64,000 nt of DNA from Bdellovibrionales bacterium (GTDB lineage Bacteria > Pseudomonadota > Alphaproteobacteria > Micavibrionales > Micavibrionaceae). Location of the stretch: assembly GCA_037968575.1 (NCBI GenBank), contig JBBKVR010000029.1:2521-66520 (forward strand), written 5' to 3'. Position numbers and translations under genes: made by a program. The notes beneath the pieces were generated by a model, which worked only from the letters and a program-made list of their open reading frames with translations, was not told where the DNA came from and ran no database searches. Below, one piece after another: positions 42,462 through 52,159 of this stretch. The stretch's first letter is position 1. Every line of letters starts with the position of its first letter.

Positions 42462-43245
42462 GGATGACAGCGTAAAACAGGCACTGAAAAAAGCAAAGGA
42501 CAATGAGTCGGGTAGCGTTAACAAGGGCGACCGTGTTGCCAAGATAATTGCCCATGCGGGACTTGGGTCGCGCCGTGATGTTGAGGGTTGGATTTTAGAG
42601 GGACGTGTTCAGGTCAATGGGAAGACGTTGGATACACCAGCTTGTCTAGTTACCGAAGATGATTCAATTAAGGTTGATGGAAAACTTATTCCACGTAAAA
42701 GCCCGACGCGGTTTTTCTGCTACCACAAACCACCTAACCTTGTGACAACACATAAGGATGAATTAGGGCGTGAAACGGTATTCGATAGATTGCCAAAAAA
42801 CCTTCCGCGACTGATTAGTGTCGGGCGACTGGATTTAAACTCCGAAGGGTTACTTCTTCTCACAACTGACGGTGAATTATCTCGTTATCTGGAATTGCCA
42901 GCAACGGGATGGACGCGCCGTTACCGTGTGCGCGTATTTGGTGAGTTGGATGAGAAAAAACTCAAAGATCTTGAAAAAGGAACAACGGTCGAAGGTATCG
43001 AATACGGACCTATCCAAGTTAAAATCGAGAGTAAAAAAGGTATCAATAGCTGGCTGATTGTGTCTCTCAAAGAAGGAAAAAACAGAGAGATTAGACGTGT
43101 AATGGAATCACTTGGTCTTCAAGTGAACAGACTTATTCGCCAATCTTATGGACCGTTTCAATTAGGAAGTCTGGTGCGTGGAAATATTAAAGAGATTCAT
43201 ACTGCAAATCTCAAAGAACAAATTCCGGGCTTTTTCAAAAAATAG
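42439..43245 (+). CDS. rluB: pseudouridine synthase, RsuA/RluB family, with N-terminal S4 domain
   Basis: S4 domain RVAKIIAHAGLGSRRDVEGWILEGRVQVNG and catalytic motif GRLDLNSEGLLLLTTDG. The start is either ATG 42439 or ATG 42460. Confidence 0.85.
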   Translation: MYVMSFSMDDSVKQALKKAKDNESGSVNKGDRVAKIIAHAGLGSRRDVEGWILEGRVQVNGKTLDTPACLVTEDDSIKVDGKLIPRKSPTRFFCYHKPPNLVTTHKDELGRETVFDRLPKNLPRLISVGRLDLNSEGLLLLTTDGELSRYLELPATGWTRRYRVRVFGELDEKKLKDLEKGTTVEGIEYGPIQVKIESKKGINSWLIVSLKEGKNREIRRVMESLGLQVNRLIRQSYGPFQLGSLVRGNIKEIHTANLKEQIPGFFKK

Positions 43246-43256
43246 GTTTTTCAAAA

Positions 43257-43814
43257 ATGAGAATTACGGGTGGAACATTTAGAGGGCGCAAATTAGACAG
43301 TCCTGACTCACTGGCTATCAGACCAACAACGGACAAGGTCAGGCAAGCCATTTTCAATATGCTGGAATCGCGTGGCGGTGTTCAAGATGTTGTCGTTCTC
43401 GATGCATTTTGCGGTACGGGTTCATTGGGTTTGGAAGCTCTCTCTCGTGGTGCGTCACAAGCCATTTTCATTGATAAGGATATAAAAAGTTTATCTCTGG
43501 CGAAAAAAAATGCAGGCAGCTTGGTACAAAAACAAAACTGCTTCTTTTATAAAATGAATGCGAGCGCACCAAAAGAAAAGCCAGAGGAATGTTTACCTGC
43601 AAACCTTTTGTTTTGTGATCCACCCTATAATCAAAATCTTGTTGAAGTGGCAATTCCAAACTTACTCGAAAAGGGGTGGCTTGCAAATAACGCAGTTATG
43701 GTGATTGAAACCGAGAAAAATTATTCTGGTGAACTGCTTTCAAGGTTGAGCCAAAAGCTGCAAGAAAAAATATACAGAGACACAAAAATTATTATTAGCG
43801 AGTTATTATCATGA
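43257..43814 (+). CDS. rsmD: 16S rRNA (guanine966-N2)-methyltransferase
   Basis: MRITGGTFRGRKL..., RPTTDKVRQAIFNML, SAM motif LDAFCGTGSLGLEALSRGA and DPPY. Confidence 0.9.
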   Translation: MRITGGTFRGRKLDSPDSLAIRPTTDKVRQAIFNMLESRGGVQDVVVLDAFCGTGSLGLEALSRGASQAIFIDKDIKSLSLAKKNAGSLVQKQNCFFYKMNASAPKEKPEECLPANLLFCDPPYNQNLVEVAIPNLLEKGWLANNAVMVIETEKNYSGELLSRLSQKLQEKIYRDTKIIISELLS

Positions 43815-44488
43815 GCAAGGTTGGTCAAAATTTTGATGAGATTAAGGCACGCATAAAAAAAACAGCAAAGCACTGGGATACTGATGCGTCAAATATAGAG
43901 TTAATTGCCGTTTCCAAAAAACAACCTCAAGACAGAATTCAAGATGCATTGGAATATGGTCACCGTTTGTTTGGTGAGAACCGTGTGCAAGAAGCAATGG
44001 AACGCTGGGATGGAGATGATGGTTTTCTCAAAAAATATCCTGATACAAAATTGCATCTCATTGGTCCGTTGCAAACCAACAAGGTTAAACAAGCTGTTTC
44101 CGTCTTTAATTCTATTGAGGCAATTGATAGCGAGAAGTTAGCCCTAGCCATCAAAGATGAATGTGAGAAGCAAGATAAAGAGATTGAGTGCCTAGTTCAG
44201 GTTAATACGGGTGAGGAAGAGCAAAAGGCAGGGGTTTCCCCAAAAGACTTACCGAACTTTTTGAAGTTTTGTGAGGGAATTGAATTATCAATTTCGGGTC
44301 TCATGTGTATCCCACCAGTTGATGAGCCTGCGGGTCTACATTTTGCCTTCTTAAAGGAGCTTGCAGATCGCCATGGTTTGAAAAAACTGTCTATGGGGAT
44401 GAGTAGCGATTTTGAACAGGCTGTTCCTTTAAATCCGACTTATCTTAGAATTGGTTCTGCTCTTTTTGGTGAGAGACCTATTGATTAA
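43811..44488 (+). CDS. yggS: YggS-family pyridoxal-phosphate homeostasis protein
   Basis: LIAVSKKQP (PLP Lys), FGENRVQEA, HLIGPLQTNKVK and SMGMSSDFEQA. Overlaps rsmD by 4 nt. Confidence 0.9.
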   Translation: MSKVGQNFDEIKARIKKTAKHWDTDASNIELIAVSKKQPQDRIQDALEYGHRLFGENRVQEAMERWDGDDGFLKKYPDTKLHLIGPLQTNKVKQAVSVFNSIEAIDSEKLALAIKDECEKQDKEIECLVQVNTGEEEQKAGVSPKDLPNFLKFCEGIELSISGLMCIPPVDEPAGLHFAFLKELADRHGLKKLSMGMSSDFEQAVPLNPTYLRIGSALFGERPID

Positions 44489-45275
44489 AATCCTGTTTCT
44501 CAGGCATGGGGCGTGCGTGGATTTGTGTAATTGGGTCTATGTTCGAGCCAGCACTGTGATGTTTTCCACCAAATGAGGCTTCGTGTGAAACTGTATAACC
44601 AGCAGTACGGCCATCAGCAACTGGTCTGCGAACTTCTTTGGTATAGTTAGCTCTGCCTAAATCAGCAAAGGCAATCGCACTTCCTAACTCACCAGAGCCC
44701 CCATTTTGTGCCAAGCTATCAATGGCAGCATTTAGTTTTACTTCAGGGCGGTCGTAAGTATGTGCAACTTTGTTATCAGTAAACCCTTCGTCACTGAACA
44801 TAGAAAAAGCATGACCAGCTATGTCTTTTCCTGTTTCTGCTTGGATGGCTGTATCAATCAAAGCACTTCCTGCGCCAATAGGTCCACCAAATACAGCGCC
44901 ACCAATAATTTTGGCGATAGGTTTAATTTCATCGCCAGTAATTTCACGGTAGGCGATGTTGACCAGAGGAATATGCTGAAGTGGGTTTATCATATCAACG
45001 AAATCAGCAAAGCCAAATTCATCTTCAGATACACCTGATTTGCTGGCAGGGGCATAAGCTTGAGAATGATTGGGTAGTTTTGATGTTGTTGGCGCATTCA
45101 ATGATGTTTGTAGATTTTCTCTAACTTGCTCTGCAGGAGATTGCGGTTTGCTCCATACAGGAATAGATCCACCCATGCGGCTATTCGCGTTGTTACGCAT
45201 TGTAAAAATCTTATTAGCTTGCTGGTTTTGTCCAGTTTGTCCTAAAAGATTGTTTTGTGGGCTAATTCCCTGCAT
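44478..45275 (-). CDS. hypothetical protein, 265 aa (Gln/Asn/Ser-rich N-terminus, Gly-rich hydrophobic core)
   Basis: Long clean ORF with no family motif recognised. Contains FGFADFVDMINPLQHIPLVN and IIGGAVFGGPIGAGSALID segments. Confidence 0.5.
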   Translation of the reverse strand: MQGISPQNNLLGQTGQNQQANKIFTMRNNANSRMGGSIPVWSKPQSPAEQVRENLQTSLNAPTTSKLPNHSQAYAPASKSGVSEDEFGFADFVDMINPLQHIPLVNIAYREITGDEIKPIAKIIGGAVFGGPIGAGSALIDTAIQAETGKDIAGHAFSMFSDEGFTDNKVAHTYDRPEVKLNAAIDSLAQNGGSGELGSAIAFADLGRANYTKEVRRPVADGRTAGYTVSHEASFGGKHHSAGSNIDPITQIHARPMPEKQDFNQ

Positions 45276-45453
45276 TTACCAATTTTTCTATATATTTCAT
45301 TGTTTTGCTCTATTTAGAGTTGCAAAGCGCGTGCCAGAGTAAAAGCTAAGAGATTCAATATGTTAAAATGAATATTTACGGCTAAACCGCAGAAACCCTT
45401 TACTTTCTGCCAAAAACAGGCAAATCTTGCCGATGAAACAAGAGTAACCTTCG

Positions 45454-46107
45454 ATGTCACAAAAATTAATGATTCACAGCGAAAAGAAAGGATTTTTATC
45501 TCTATTTAGAGATCATAGAGACCTGTTTGAAGGGAACATAGATGTTATTTTCAAAGAGTCTGAGGATGGATTTTTTGAAAACCCGAAAGATATAGATTAT
45601 GTTTTGATTGATCAAAGCGTTGATATATCTGTACTCGATTCACTAAACAAGAATACAAAAATTTGTCTGATTGGAGACAGGAAACCAGCTACTAAACAGA
45701 TTGATATCTTTTTTCAAACACCTTTGCGATTAGGTGAGATATTGGATGGCTTAATCAATATCCAAGCAGGACAAAATCTCATCTCAAATGCGCCAAAAAC
45801 CATTCATCTGGCAGGCGATATTCAATTTTCACCGCGAACTTTAACCTGCAAAGACTCCAAAGATAATTCTGTAGTTATCACCGAAAAAGAAGCACAGTTT
45901 TTATTGGCGCTTTATGAGTCCGAAGACAAAACTTTGGATAGGAAAGCGTTACTTCAAAAAGTTTGGGAATATGCCGATAGTGCAGAAACCCATACCTTGG
46001 AAACGCATGTCTATCGTTTGCGACAGAAGTTGAATAAACTGGAAGCTGAAGATCCCATTGAAACGGTTGAAAATGGATACTGCTTAAAACTCCCTCAGAA
46101 TCAGTAA
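45454..46107 (+). CDS. OmpR/PhoB-type winged-helix transcriptional regulator with a degenerate (pseudo-)receiver domain
   Basis: The C-terminal Trans_reg_C pattern is TEKEAQFLLALYES...LDRKALLQKVWEY...THTLETHVYRLRQKL. In the N-terminal half the acidic pair is replaced (MIHSEKK) and KPF is replaced by TPL; a candidate Asp remains in VLIDQS. Confidence 0.7.
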   Translation: MSQKLMIHSEKKGFLSLFRDHRDLFEGNIDVIFKESEDGFFENPKDIDYVLIDQSVDISVLDSLNKNTKICLIGDRKPATKQIDIFFQTPLRLGEILDGLINIQAGQNLISNAPKTIHLAGDIQFSPRTLTCKDSKDNSVVITEKEAQFLLALYESEDKTLDRKALLQKVWEYADSAETHTLETHVYRLRQKLNKLEAEDPIETVENGYCLKLPQNQ

Positions 46108-48545
46108 AGACCGCCTGTGCCTGTTGTTGGTGATGTTTGTTGTTCACCAGCAGGGGGAGAGGATGTATCAGGAAGTTCAGAAAATGGATCATTTGGATAG
46201 ACGGGTCCTATCTGTCCTGTTGCATCATAAGGTTGTCCTGAGACCGCACCATCATCAATAATAACAACACGGTCTTCTGGTACAGTGCCTGGAACAAAGG
46301 CTTCCCAAATCCCGCTCTCATCCAACGGTGAAACACGCCGCCCCGTCTTTGGATTAACGCGCACCAATTGAATACCTTCAGGAACACGGAACGGAATAGC
46401 GGGCTTATTTTGAAGAGCATCTGTTACGAATTCTTTGAAAACTGGAAGGGCAACGGACGAGCCTGTCTCTTTGTTACCTAGAGGTTTTGGATCATCCATA
46501 CCCATATAGACACCCACAACCATGTCTGGAGAAAAGCCAATAAACCATGCATCTTTAGACTCATTTGTTGTCCCTGTTTTACCGCCAAGAGGACGATTGA
46601 GTTCTTTTAAGCGAACGGCTGTTCCCCTTTCTGCAACACCCTCAAGGATTGAAACAATTTGGTAGATGGTTTGTGGGTTGCCAATTTGAGGACGATTATC
46701 AGGAACATTAGGAACGGATTGTTCATCCCATCGGATTTTAGGGCCACAATTTGGGCATTTCCTATCATCGTATTTGTAGACTGTTTCACCGTAACGGTTT
46801 TGAATTCTATCAATGATTGTTGGAACAATTTTACGCCCACCATTTACCAGCATTGCATAACCATTAGTGATGTCTATAAGCGTGGTTTCGGCTGAACCTA
46901 GAGCATTTGCAAGATGGGGCTTTAAGTCTTTGTAGACCCCAAATTTTTCTGAGGTCTCCGCGATTTTGTCCATACCGATGTGGTGAGCAAGGCGAACAGT
47001 CATCAAGTTACGTGATTTCTCAACACCAACGCGGATAGGTGTTGGACCGTAAAAGGTATTGGAATAATTTTTAGGGCGCCAAAAGTGACCAGGCCTGTCT
47101 TGATATTCAAAAGGTGCGTCGAGCACCAGAGTTGAGGGCGTATAGCCTTCTTGTAAAGCTGTTAGATAGACAAAAGGTTTAAAGGCAGAGCCAGGCTGAC
47201 GCTTGGCTTGAGTGGCGCGATTATATTGGCTGTTATCAAATTTCCATCCACCTTGCATAGCAAGAACACGACCTGTATGCGGATCAATAACAATAATAGC
47301 ACCTTGGATTTTTGGGATTTGTTTGAGCGCATAGCTTTTATCTTTGTTTTTCTCAACCATAACCACATCACCAGCTTTGAGCGGTTTGTTTGATGACCAT
47401 TTCACATCTGCTTCGGGGATTGTGCCTTTTGAGCCATCTTCGAAACCAATTGAACCGCTAGACTCGAGTACTATGGCGAGTAACCAATCTTTTAGAAAGC
47501 CTTCAGGTTGTGCAATTTCTTTTAATTTTTCTTCAAAACCACTTGTACTCAAACCACTCTTTACAGGACCTCTCCAACCATGACGGCGATCATAATTTGT
47601 AAGCCCGTCACGTAAAGCTTTAACCGCAATATTTTGATAAGTCGGATCAACGGTTGAGCGAATAGATAGACCTTCCTTGTAAATACTGTCATTCCCGTAA
47701 TGCTCTATCATTTCACGGCGGACTTCTTCAGCAAAATAGGCGGCTTCGACAATACGATTTTCATCACGTGGAACAACTTCAAGAGGCTTCAGTTTAGCAA
47801 GTTCAGCCCCACCCTCTGTAACAAAGTCTTCCTCTTCCATGCGGTCAATAACCCAGTTACGGCGTGCAATGGCTGCCTCTTTTTTACGTGTGGGGTGATA
47901 ATTATTTGGGGCCTTGGGAAGGGCTGCAAGATAAGCAACTTCATCCACTGTTAAGTCATCCAGTGATTTGTTGAAGTAATTAATGGCAGCGGATGCAACA
48001 CCATAAGATCGTTTTCCAAGAAAAATTTCATTGAGGTAAAGTTCTAAAATTCTATCCTTGTCCATCGCCTTATCCATGCGATAAGCAACAATAGCTTCTT
48101 TGATTTTACGTGTGTAAGAGACTTCGTTGGTGAGTAAAAAGTTTTTTGCAACTTGTTGTGTAATTGTTGAGGCACCAATCTGGCGTTTTCCTGTACCGTA
48201 ATTTTGAAGGTTGGATAACATGGCTCGTGCAATCGCCATCGGGTCAACGCCCTTGTGCGTGTAGAAGTTTTTATCTTCTGCAGCGAGAAATGCATTTTTT
48301 ACAAGGTCAGGAATTTCTTCACTAGGAATAAAAATACGATTTTCTTGGGCAAACTCTGCGAGTAAGCGCCCATCCCCTGCGTGAACGCGCGTTACAACGG
48401 GAGGCTCATAATCTTTGAGCGCAGAATAGTCTGGCAAGTCATGCGAGTAATAAGAAAAAATCCCGATAATCGCCAAAACACCACCAATCGCTCCGAGCAA
48501 ACCCAGAGACACAACCCACAAGAAAAATGTTCCGATAAACTTCAT
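46101..48545 (-). CDS. mrcA: penicillin-binding protein 1A (bifunctional glycosyltransferase/transpeptidase)
   Basis: GT51 motifs EDKNFYTHKGVD and GASTITQQVAKN. Transpeptidase motifs SAFKP (SxxK), SRN and KTGTT. Confidence 0.94.
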   Translation of the reverse strand: MKFIGTFFLWVVSLGLLGAIGGVLAIIGIFSYYSHDLPDYSALKDYEPPVVTRVHAGDGRLLAEFAQENRIFIPSEEIPDLVKNAFLAAEDKNFYTHKGVDPMAIARAMLSNLQNYGTGKRQIGASTITQQVAKNFLLTNEVSYTRKIKEAIVAYRMDKAMDKDRILELYLNEIFLGKRSYGVASAAINYFNKSLDDLTVDEVAYLAALPKAPNNYHPTRKKEAAIARRNWVIDRMEEEDFVTEGGAELAKLKPLEVVPRDENRIVEAAYFAEEVRREMIEHYGNDSIYKEGLSIRSTVDPTYQNIAVKALRDGLTNYDRRHGWRGPVKSGLSTSGFEEKLKEIAQPEGFLKDWLLAIVLESSGSIGFEDGSKGTIPEADVKWSSNKPLKAGDVVMVEKNKDKSYALKQIPKIQGAIIVIDPHTGRVLAMQGGWKFDNSQYNRATQAKRQPGSAFKPFVYLTALQEGYTPSTLVLDAPFEYQDRPGHFWRPKNYSNTFYGPTPIRVGVEKSRNLMTVRLAHHIGMDKIAETSEKFGVYKDLKPHLANALGSAETTLIDITNGYAMLVNGGRKIVPTIIDRIQNRYGETVYKYDDRKCPNCGPKIRWDEQSVPNVPDNRPQIGNPQTIYQIVSILEGVAERGTAVRLKELNRPLGGKTGTTNESKDAWFIGFSPDMVVGVYMGMDDPKPLGNKETGSSVALPVFKEFVTDALQNKPAIPFRVPEGIQLVRVNPKTGRRVSPLDESGIWEAFVPGTVPEDRVVIIDDGAVSGQPYDATGQIGPVYPNDPFSELPDTSSPPAGEQQTSPTTGTGGLY

Positions 48546-48576
48546 ATATTCTTTGATATAGCTTGATAGTTAGAAA

Positions 48577-49257
48577 ATGACTAGACTTAACCTTATGAGC
48601 AAAACAATATCACCTTCCGATCTGATTTGCATGAACGAATATGAGTCATCCCACGCTTTGCGCGTTGATCTTGTTTACGCGGATGCAAGCCATCCTGAAA
48701 ATCCATTTAAAGAGGCGATTTACAAGCAAGATGCCCGGCTCTGGCTTCACAAGGATTTGGCAGAAATCGTTCTAAAAGCCTCGGAGTTTGCCCATACGAT
48801 AGGACGAAAACTTGTCTTAAAAGATGGATTACGACCTGTCGATGCGCAACAAAAGATGCTTGAGACAGACATGGTTAAGGCAAATATGCATTGGCTTATT
48901 ACACCAAGAGTACTGTCGTCTCCTAGAATGGGTGGACATCCCAGAGGTATGGCAATTGATTTGACAATAGAAGATGAAAGCGGGAGAGCACTCGATTTTG
49001 GAACTTCGTTTGATGCTTTACCACCAAAAGATGGACCCAACATTGCGGCACGAGATTACATGGATCTACCCCAAGAGGCTTTAAAAAATAGAAAGTATTT
49101 AGAGCGGATAATGCATGAAGCTGCACACTTGTGCGGACGGGAAATTTGGCCATTAACAAGTGAATGGTGGGACTTTCGTTTCAAAAATGAAGTTTATAAT
49201 GAGTATGCGCCACTCTCTGATAAAGATTTACCGTTTCAAATTACTTTCCAAGAATAA
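48577..49257 (+). CDS. ddpX: D-alanyl-D-alanine dipeptidase (M15D, VanX/DdpX-like)
   Basis: Zinc/active-site blocks GGHPRGMAIDLT (compare SxHxxGxAxD) and TSEWWDFRF (compare EWWH). The start could be 48577 or the ATG at 48595. Confidence 0.7.
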   Translation: MTRLNLMSKTISPSDLICMNEYESSHALRVDLVYADASHPENPFKEAIYKQDARLWLHKDLAEIVLKASEFAHTIGRKLVLKDGLRPVDAQQKMLETDMVKANMHWLITPRVLSSPRMGGHPRGMAIDLTIEDESGRALDFGTSFDALPPKDGPNIAARDYMDLPQEALKNRKYLERIMHEAAHLCGREIWPLTSEWWDFRFKNEVYNEYAPLSDKDLPFQITFQE

Positions 49258-50005
49258 TCCAAAGCCCTGCAAGTACAGCAAAACCCACAAATACATTTTT
49301 AATTGTCTGCGGGTTGGTTATGAGCATCAGTTTTGTGCTGTAGTGACTTGCTATACCCATGACTACCGCAAGAAGCCCAGCATAAAGCGTGTTTTCAAAA
49401 CTAATGTAGCCATAGTAGGCGTATATAAAGGCACTCACGCCCGCTACAACGACCCAGCTTAACCCGCCCGTAGCGGCAGACTGTAAAATTGTAAAGCCAA
49501 AGCAAGATATATTTATTAAGCGGTAAATAATCCCTGAGCCGCCAGCAAAAAAGCCAGCATAGATATTGGTTAAGGCGTGAAGAAATAAACCTAAAACATG
49601 ATATTTAAATTTTCTTTGCTTTTCTTCAATGCCAACTTTTCGTGTCAGTATAAATAATAAAGCCGAGAGAATAATCAGACTACCTATAATTTCTGTTAAA
49701 AAATCAGGAGGTGTTCTTATGGCCAGAACTGTACCAGCAATAGAACCAATAATAGCTAAAATCAAAAGTGCTGGAACAAACTTCCACTTCACATGATTTG
49801 CTACAAGCATGTGCCTACTAATTACAATCCAAGAAATGAAAGAAGAAAACATATTCATTGCTAAGGCTTCTTTAATTTCAAAACCTACAAACAAGAGCAC
49901 AGGAATGACGATAAGACTGGAAGAAGCGGTGAAGGGGCCAGTAATGCCTGCCAATATTCCAGTTACGAGAAGAACAAATAAAGTGAAGAATTCAATTTCC
50001 ATCAA
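49241..50005 (-). CDS. TauE/SafE-family (sulfite exporter-like) membrane protein
   Basis: About 250 aa with 7-8 TM segments and the Gly-rich internally duplicated architecture typical of TauE/SafE. Assigned from topology and size only. Confidence 0.5.
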   Translation of the reverse strand: MMEIEFFTLFVLLVTGILAGITGPFTASSSLIVIPVLLFVGFEIKEALAMNMFSSFISWIVISRHMLVANHVKWKFVPALLILAIIGSIAGTVLAIRTPPDFLTEIIGSLIILSALLFILTRKVGIEEKQRKFKYHVLGLFLHALTNIYAGFFAGGSGIIYRLINISCFGFTILQSAATGGLSWVVVAGVSAFIYAYYGYISFENTLYAGLLAVVMGIASHYSTKLMLITNPQTIKNVFVGFAVLAGLWIILGK

Positions 50006-50018
50006 AAAAGACTATTCA

Positions 50019-51281
50019 TTATTTACTAGAATGAGAAGTGTTCTCTTGGGAGGCTTTCGCTGCCATTTGGGCGGTGATGTAAGAAGGTTTATCAGGTAGA
50101 GCGATGTAATCTCCGCGGTCTTCTGGCGCGACAGCATCTGTAAACCCAATTCTGAACATTGCGAAAACGAGTGTTATTAAACAGAATATTGGAGGCATGA
50201 AGAAAAATGTTGTTTGCCCGAATAGAGACATCGCAGAGCCAACTATAATTGGACCTATAAGCGCGCCCGTACCATTGATAAGGATAAGTGTTGCACTGGC
50301 TTGAACGATTTCTTCTTCGTTCAAACGGTCATTCACATGCGTTGCAGAAACACTATAAATGGTAAGCATTAATCCACTCATAAGGGTGATGGCAAGGTAG
50401 TCAAAATAAGTGACGTTGTGCATGGTAAGCATTCCCGCAGCGGTTCCTGCCAAGCAAATTCCAAATAATATGATTGCTAAGACTTTGCGTCTGTCGATTT
50501 TGTCGGAGAGCCAACCGACAGGGTATTGCAAAAGCATGCCTGAAATTACTAGCATTGCCATGAAAAATGAAACGTCTTTTGGCGTCATTCCACTATTCAC
50601 TCCATAAATGGGGGCAATTACTAAAAAGGTAGTTGAAGTCATACCTGCAACAAAACACCCTAAAATGCCAAGAGGGGCAAGTTTAATGAGATGTGAAATG
50701 GAAACACTTTTTGGTGCCTCATATTTTGGTTGAGGTCTTTTACTTAAGGACAGAGGAATAATTGCCAGTGACAACACAACAGAATTCAAAACAAAAAGTT
50801 GATAGCCTGTTGGATCAGCAACATTCAAAAGCAACTGCGCGCCAGTCAATGCGATAAACACGGTGACCATATAGATACTCAAAACCTGCCCACGGTTTTT
50901 CTTGGTGGATGTAGCATTCAGCCAACTCTCGGAAATGATAAAAATTGCAGCAAAGCTGAAACCATTAAGACCACGTAAAATTGCCCAAGCAATGGGTGAG
51001 TCCGACAAAGTATAGATGAGAGCAACGGCAGAAGCGCATGATGCAAAAGCGGCATAAACACGGATATGACCAACATTTTTGATAAGCTTTGGCGTTATTA
51101 TGCAACCGCTCAAATAGCCGACATAATAAGTAGCTAAGACAATCGAGAGAGTTGCTGTATCAAAACCGATAAGCGCACCACGGACACCAAGCAGAGTTGC
51201 TTGTAACCCATTTCCCAAAACAAGGAGAAGGATTCCAGCAAAAATAGGCCATGTACTTAGAATGGTTTTCTTGGTGGTCAT
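50019..51281 (-). CDS. MFS transporter
   Basis: Twelve TM-like segments and an MFS loop 2-3-like motif (WLSDKIDRRK in the second half). Start set at MTTKKTIL (51281). Confidence 0.75.
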   Translation of the reverse strand: MTTKKTILSTWPIFAGILLLVLGNGLQATLLGVRGALIGFDTATLSIVLATYYVGYLSGCIITPKLIKNVGHIRVYAAFASCASAVALIYTLSDSPIAWAILRGLNGFSFAAIFIISESWLNATSTKKNRGQVLSIYMVTVFIALTGAQLLLNVADPTGYQLFVLNSVVLSLAIIPLSLSKRPQPKYEAPKSVSISHLIKLAPLGILGCFVAGMTSTTFLVIAPIYGVNSGMTPKDVSFFMAMLVISGMLLQYPVGWLSDKIDRRKVLAIILFGICLAGTAAGMLTMHNVTYFDYLAITLMSGLMLTIYSVSATHVNDRLNEEEIVQASATLILINGTGALIGPIIVGSAMSLFGQTTFFFMPPIFCLITLVFAMFRIGFTDAVAPEDRGDYIALPDKPSYITAQMAAKASQENTSHSSK

Positions 51282-51376
51282 ATTGAGCCCTATGAAGCAA
51301 TAAAATGGCGCGAAGAATTTCGCTTGCCGCTTACTTATCAAGTTTACGCAAACTGTCAATAATGAAAATGAAAATT

Positions 51377-52159
51377 TTAGGAAATATGTTCGGCGTGTTT
51401 TGCAATTGGACCGTCTGCGCGACCATTAATAAATTGGTCAACATACTCATTGCCTGATTTATCCAGTTTTGAGACAGGACCTGACCAGATAATTTTTCCG
51501 TCATAAATCATGGCAACTTTATCAGCTATTTTACGAACGGATGCCATATCGTGTGTAATTGACAGGGCTGTAGCACCTAAATCATTCACACATTTCTTGA
51601 TAAGGTCGTTAATAACGTCCGCCATAATGGGATCAAGCCCAGTGGTTGGTTCATCAAAGAAAATGATTTCTGGATTGGAAGCAATGGCGCGTGCTAAACC
51701 TATGCGTTTTTGCATACCTCCGGAGAGTTCTGCTGGGTAAAGATCAGCAACGGCGGGACCCATTCCAACGGCAGAGATTTTTTGTAGTGCTATTTCACGT
51801 GCCTCGTCTCTGTCCATTCTGCGTCCATATATCAAACCAAAGGCAACGTTTTCCCAGACAGGCATAGAGTCAAAAAGAGCACCTCCTTGGAATAACATTC
51901 CAAACTTACCCATCATGACATCATGTTCCTCGCTAGACATTTTGGAGGTGTCTTTGCCATCAACTTCAATGAGACCACTATCAGGTTTCAACAAATCAAG
52001 AATACATTTAAGAGTGACGGACTTCCCTGAACCTGAACCCCCAATGACAACCAAAGATTCACCTTCGGCAACTTCTAAATCAACACCTTTAAGAACGTCC
52101 TTTGTCCCAAAAGATTTTTTAACGTCTCTCATCAAGATTTTTGGTGTTGCTTTGCTCAT
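51377..52159 (-). CDS. mlaF: ABC transporter ATP-binding protein, MlaF-like
   Basis: Walker A GGSGSGKS, signature LSGGMQKR and Walker B IIFFDEPT. Overlaps mlaE by 4 nt. Confidence 0.85.
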   Translation of the reverse strand: MSKATPKILMRDVKKSFGTKDVLKGVDLEVAEGESLVVIGGSGSGKSVTLKCILDLLKPDSGLIEVDGKDTSKMSSEEHDVMMGKFGMLFQGGALFDSMPVWENVAFGLIYGRRMDRDEAREIALQKISAVGMGPAVADLYPAELSGGMQKRIGLARAIASNPEIIFFDEPTTGLDPIMADVINDLIKKCVNDLGATALSITHDMASVRKIADKVAMIYDGKIIWSGPVSKLDKSGNEYVDQFINGRADGPIAKHAEHIS

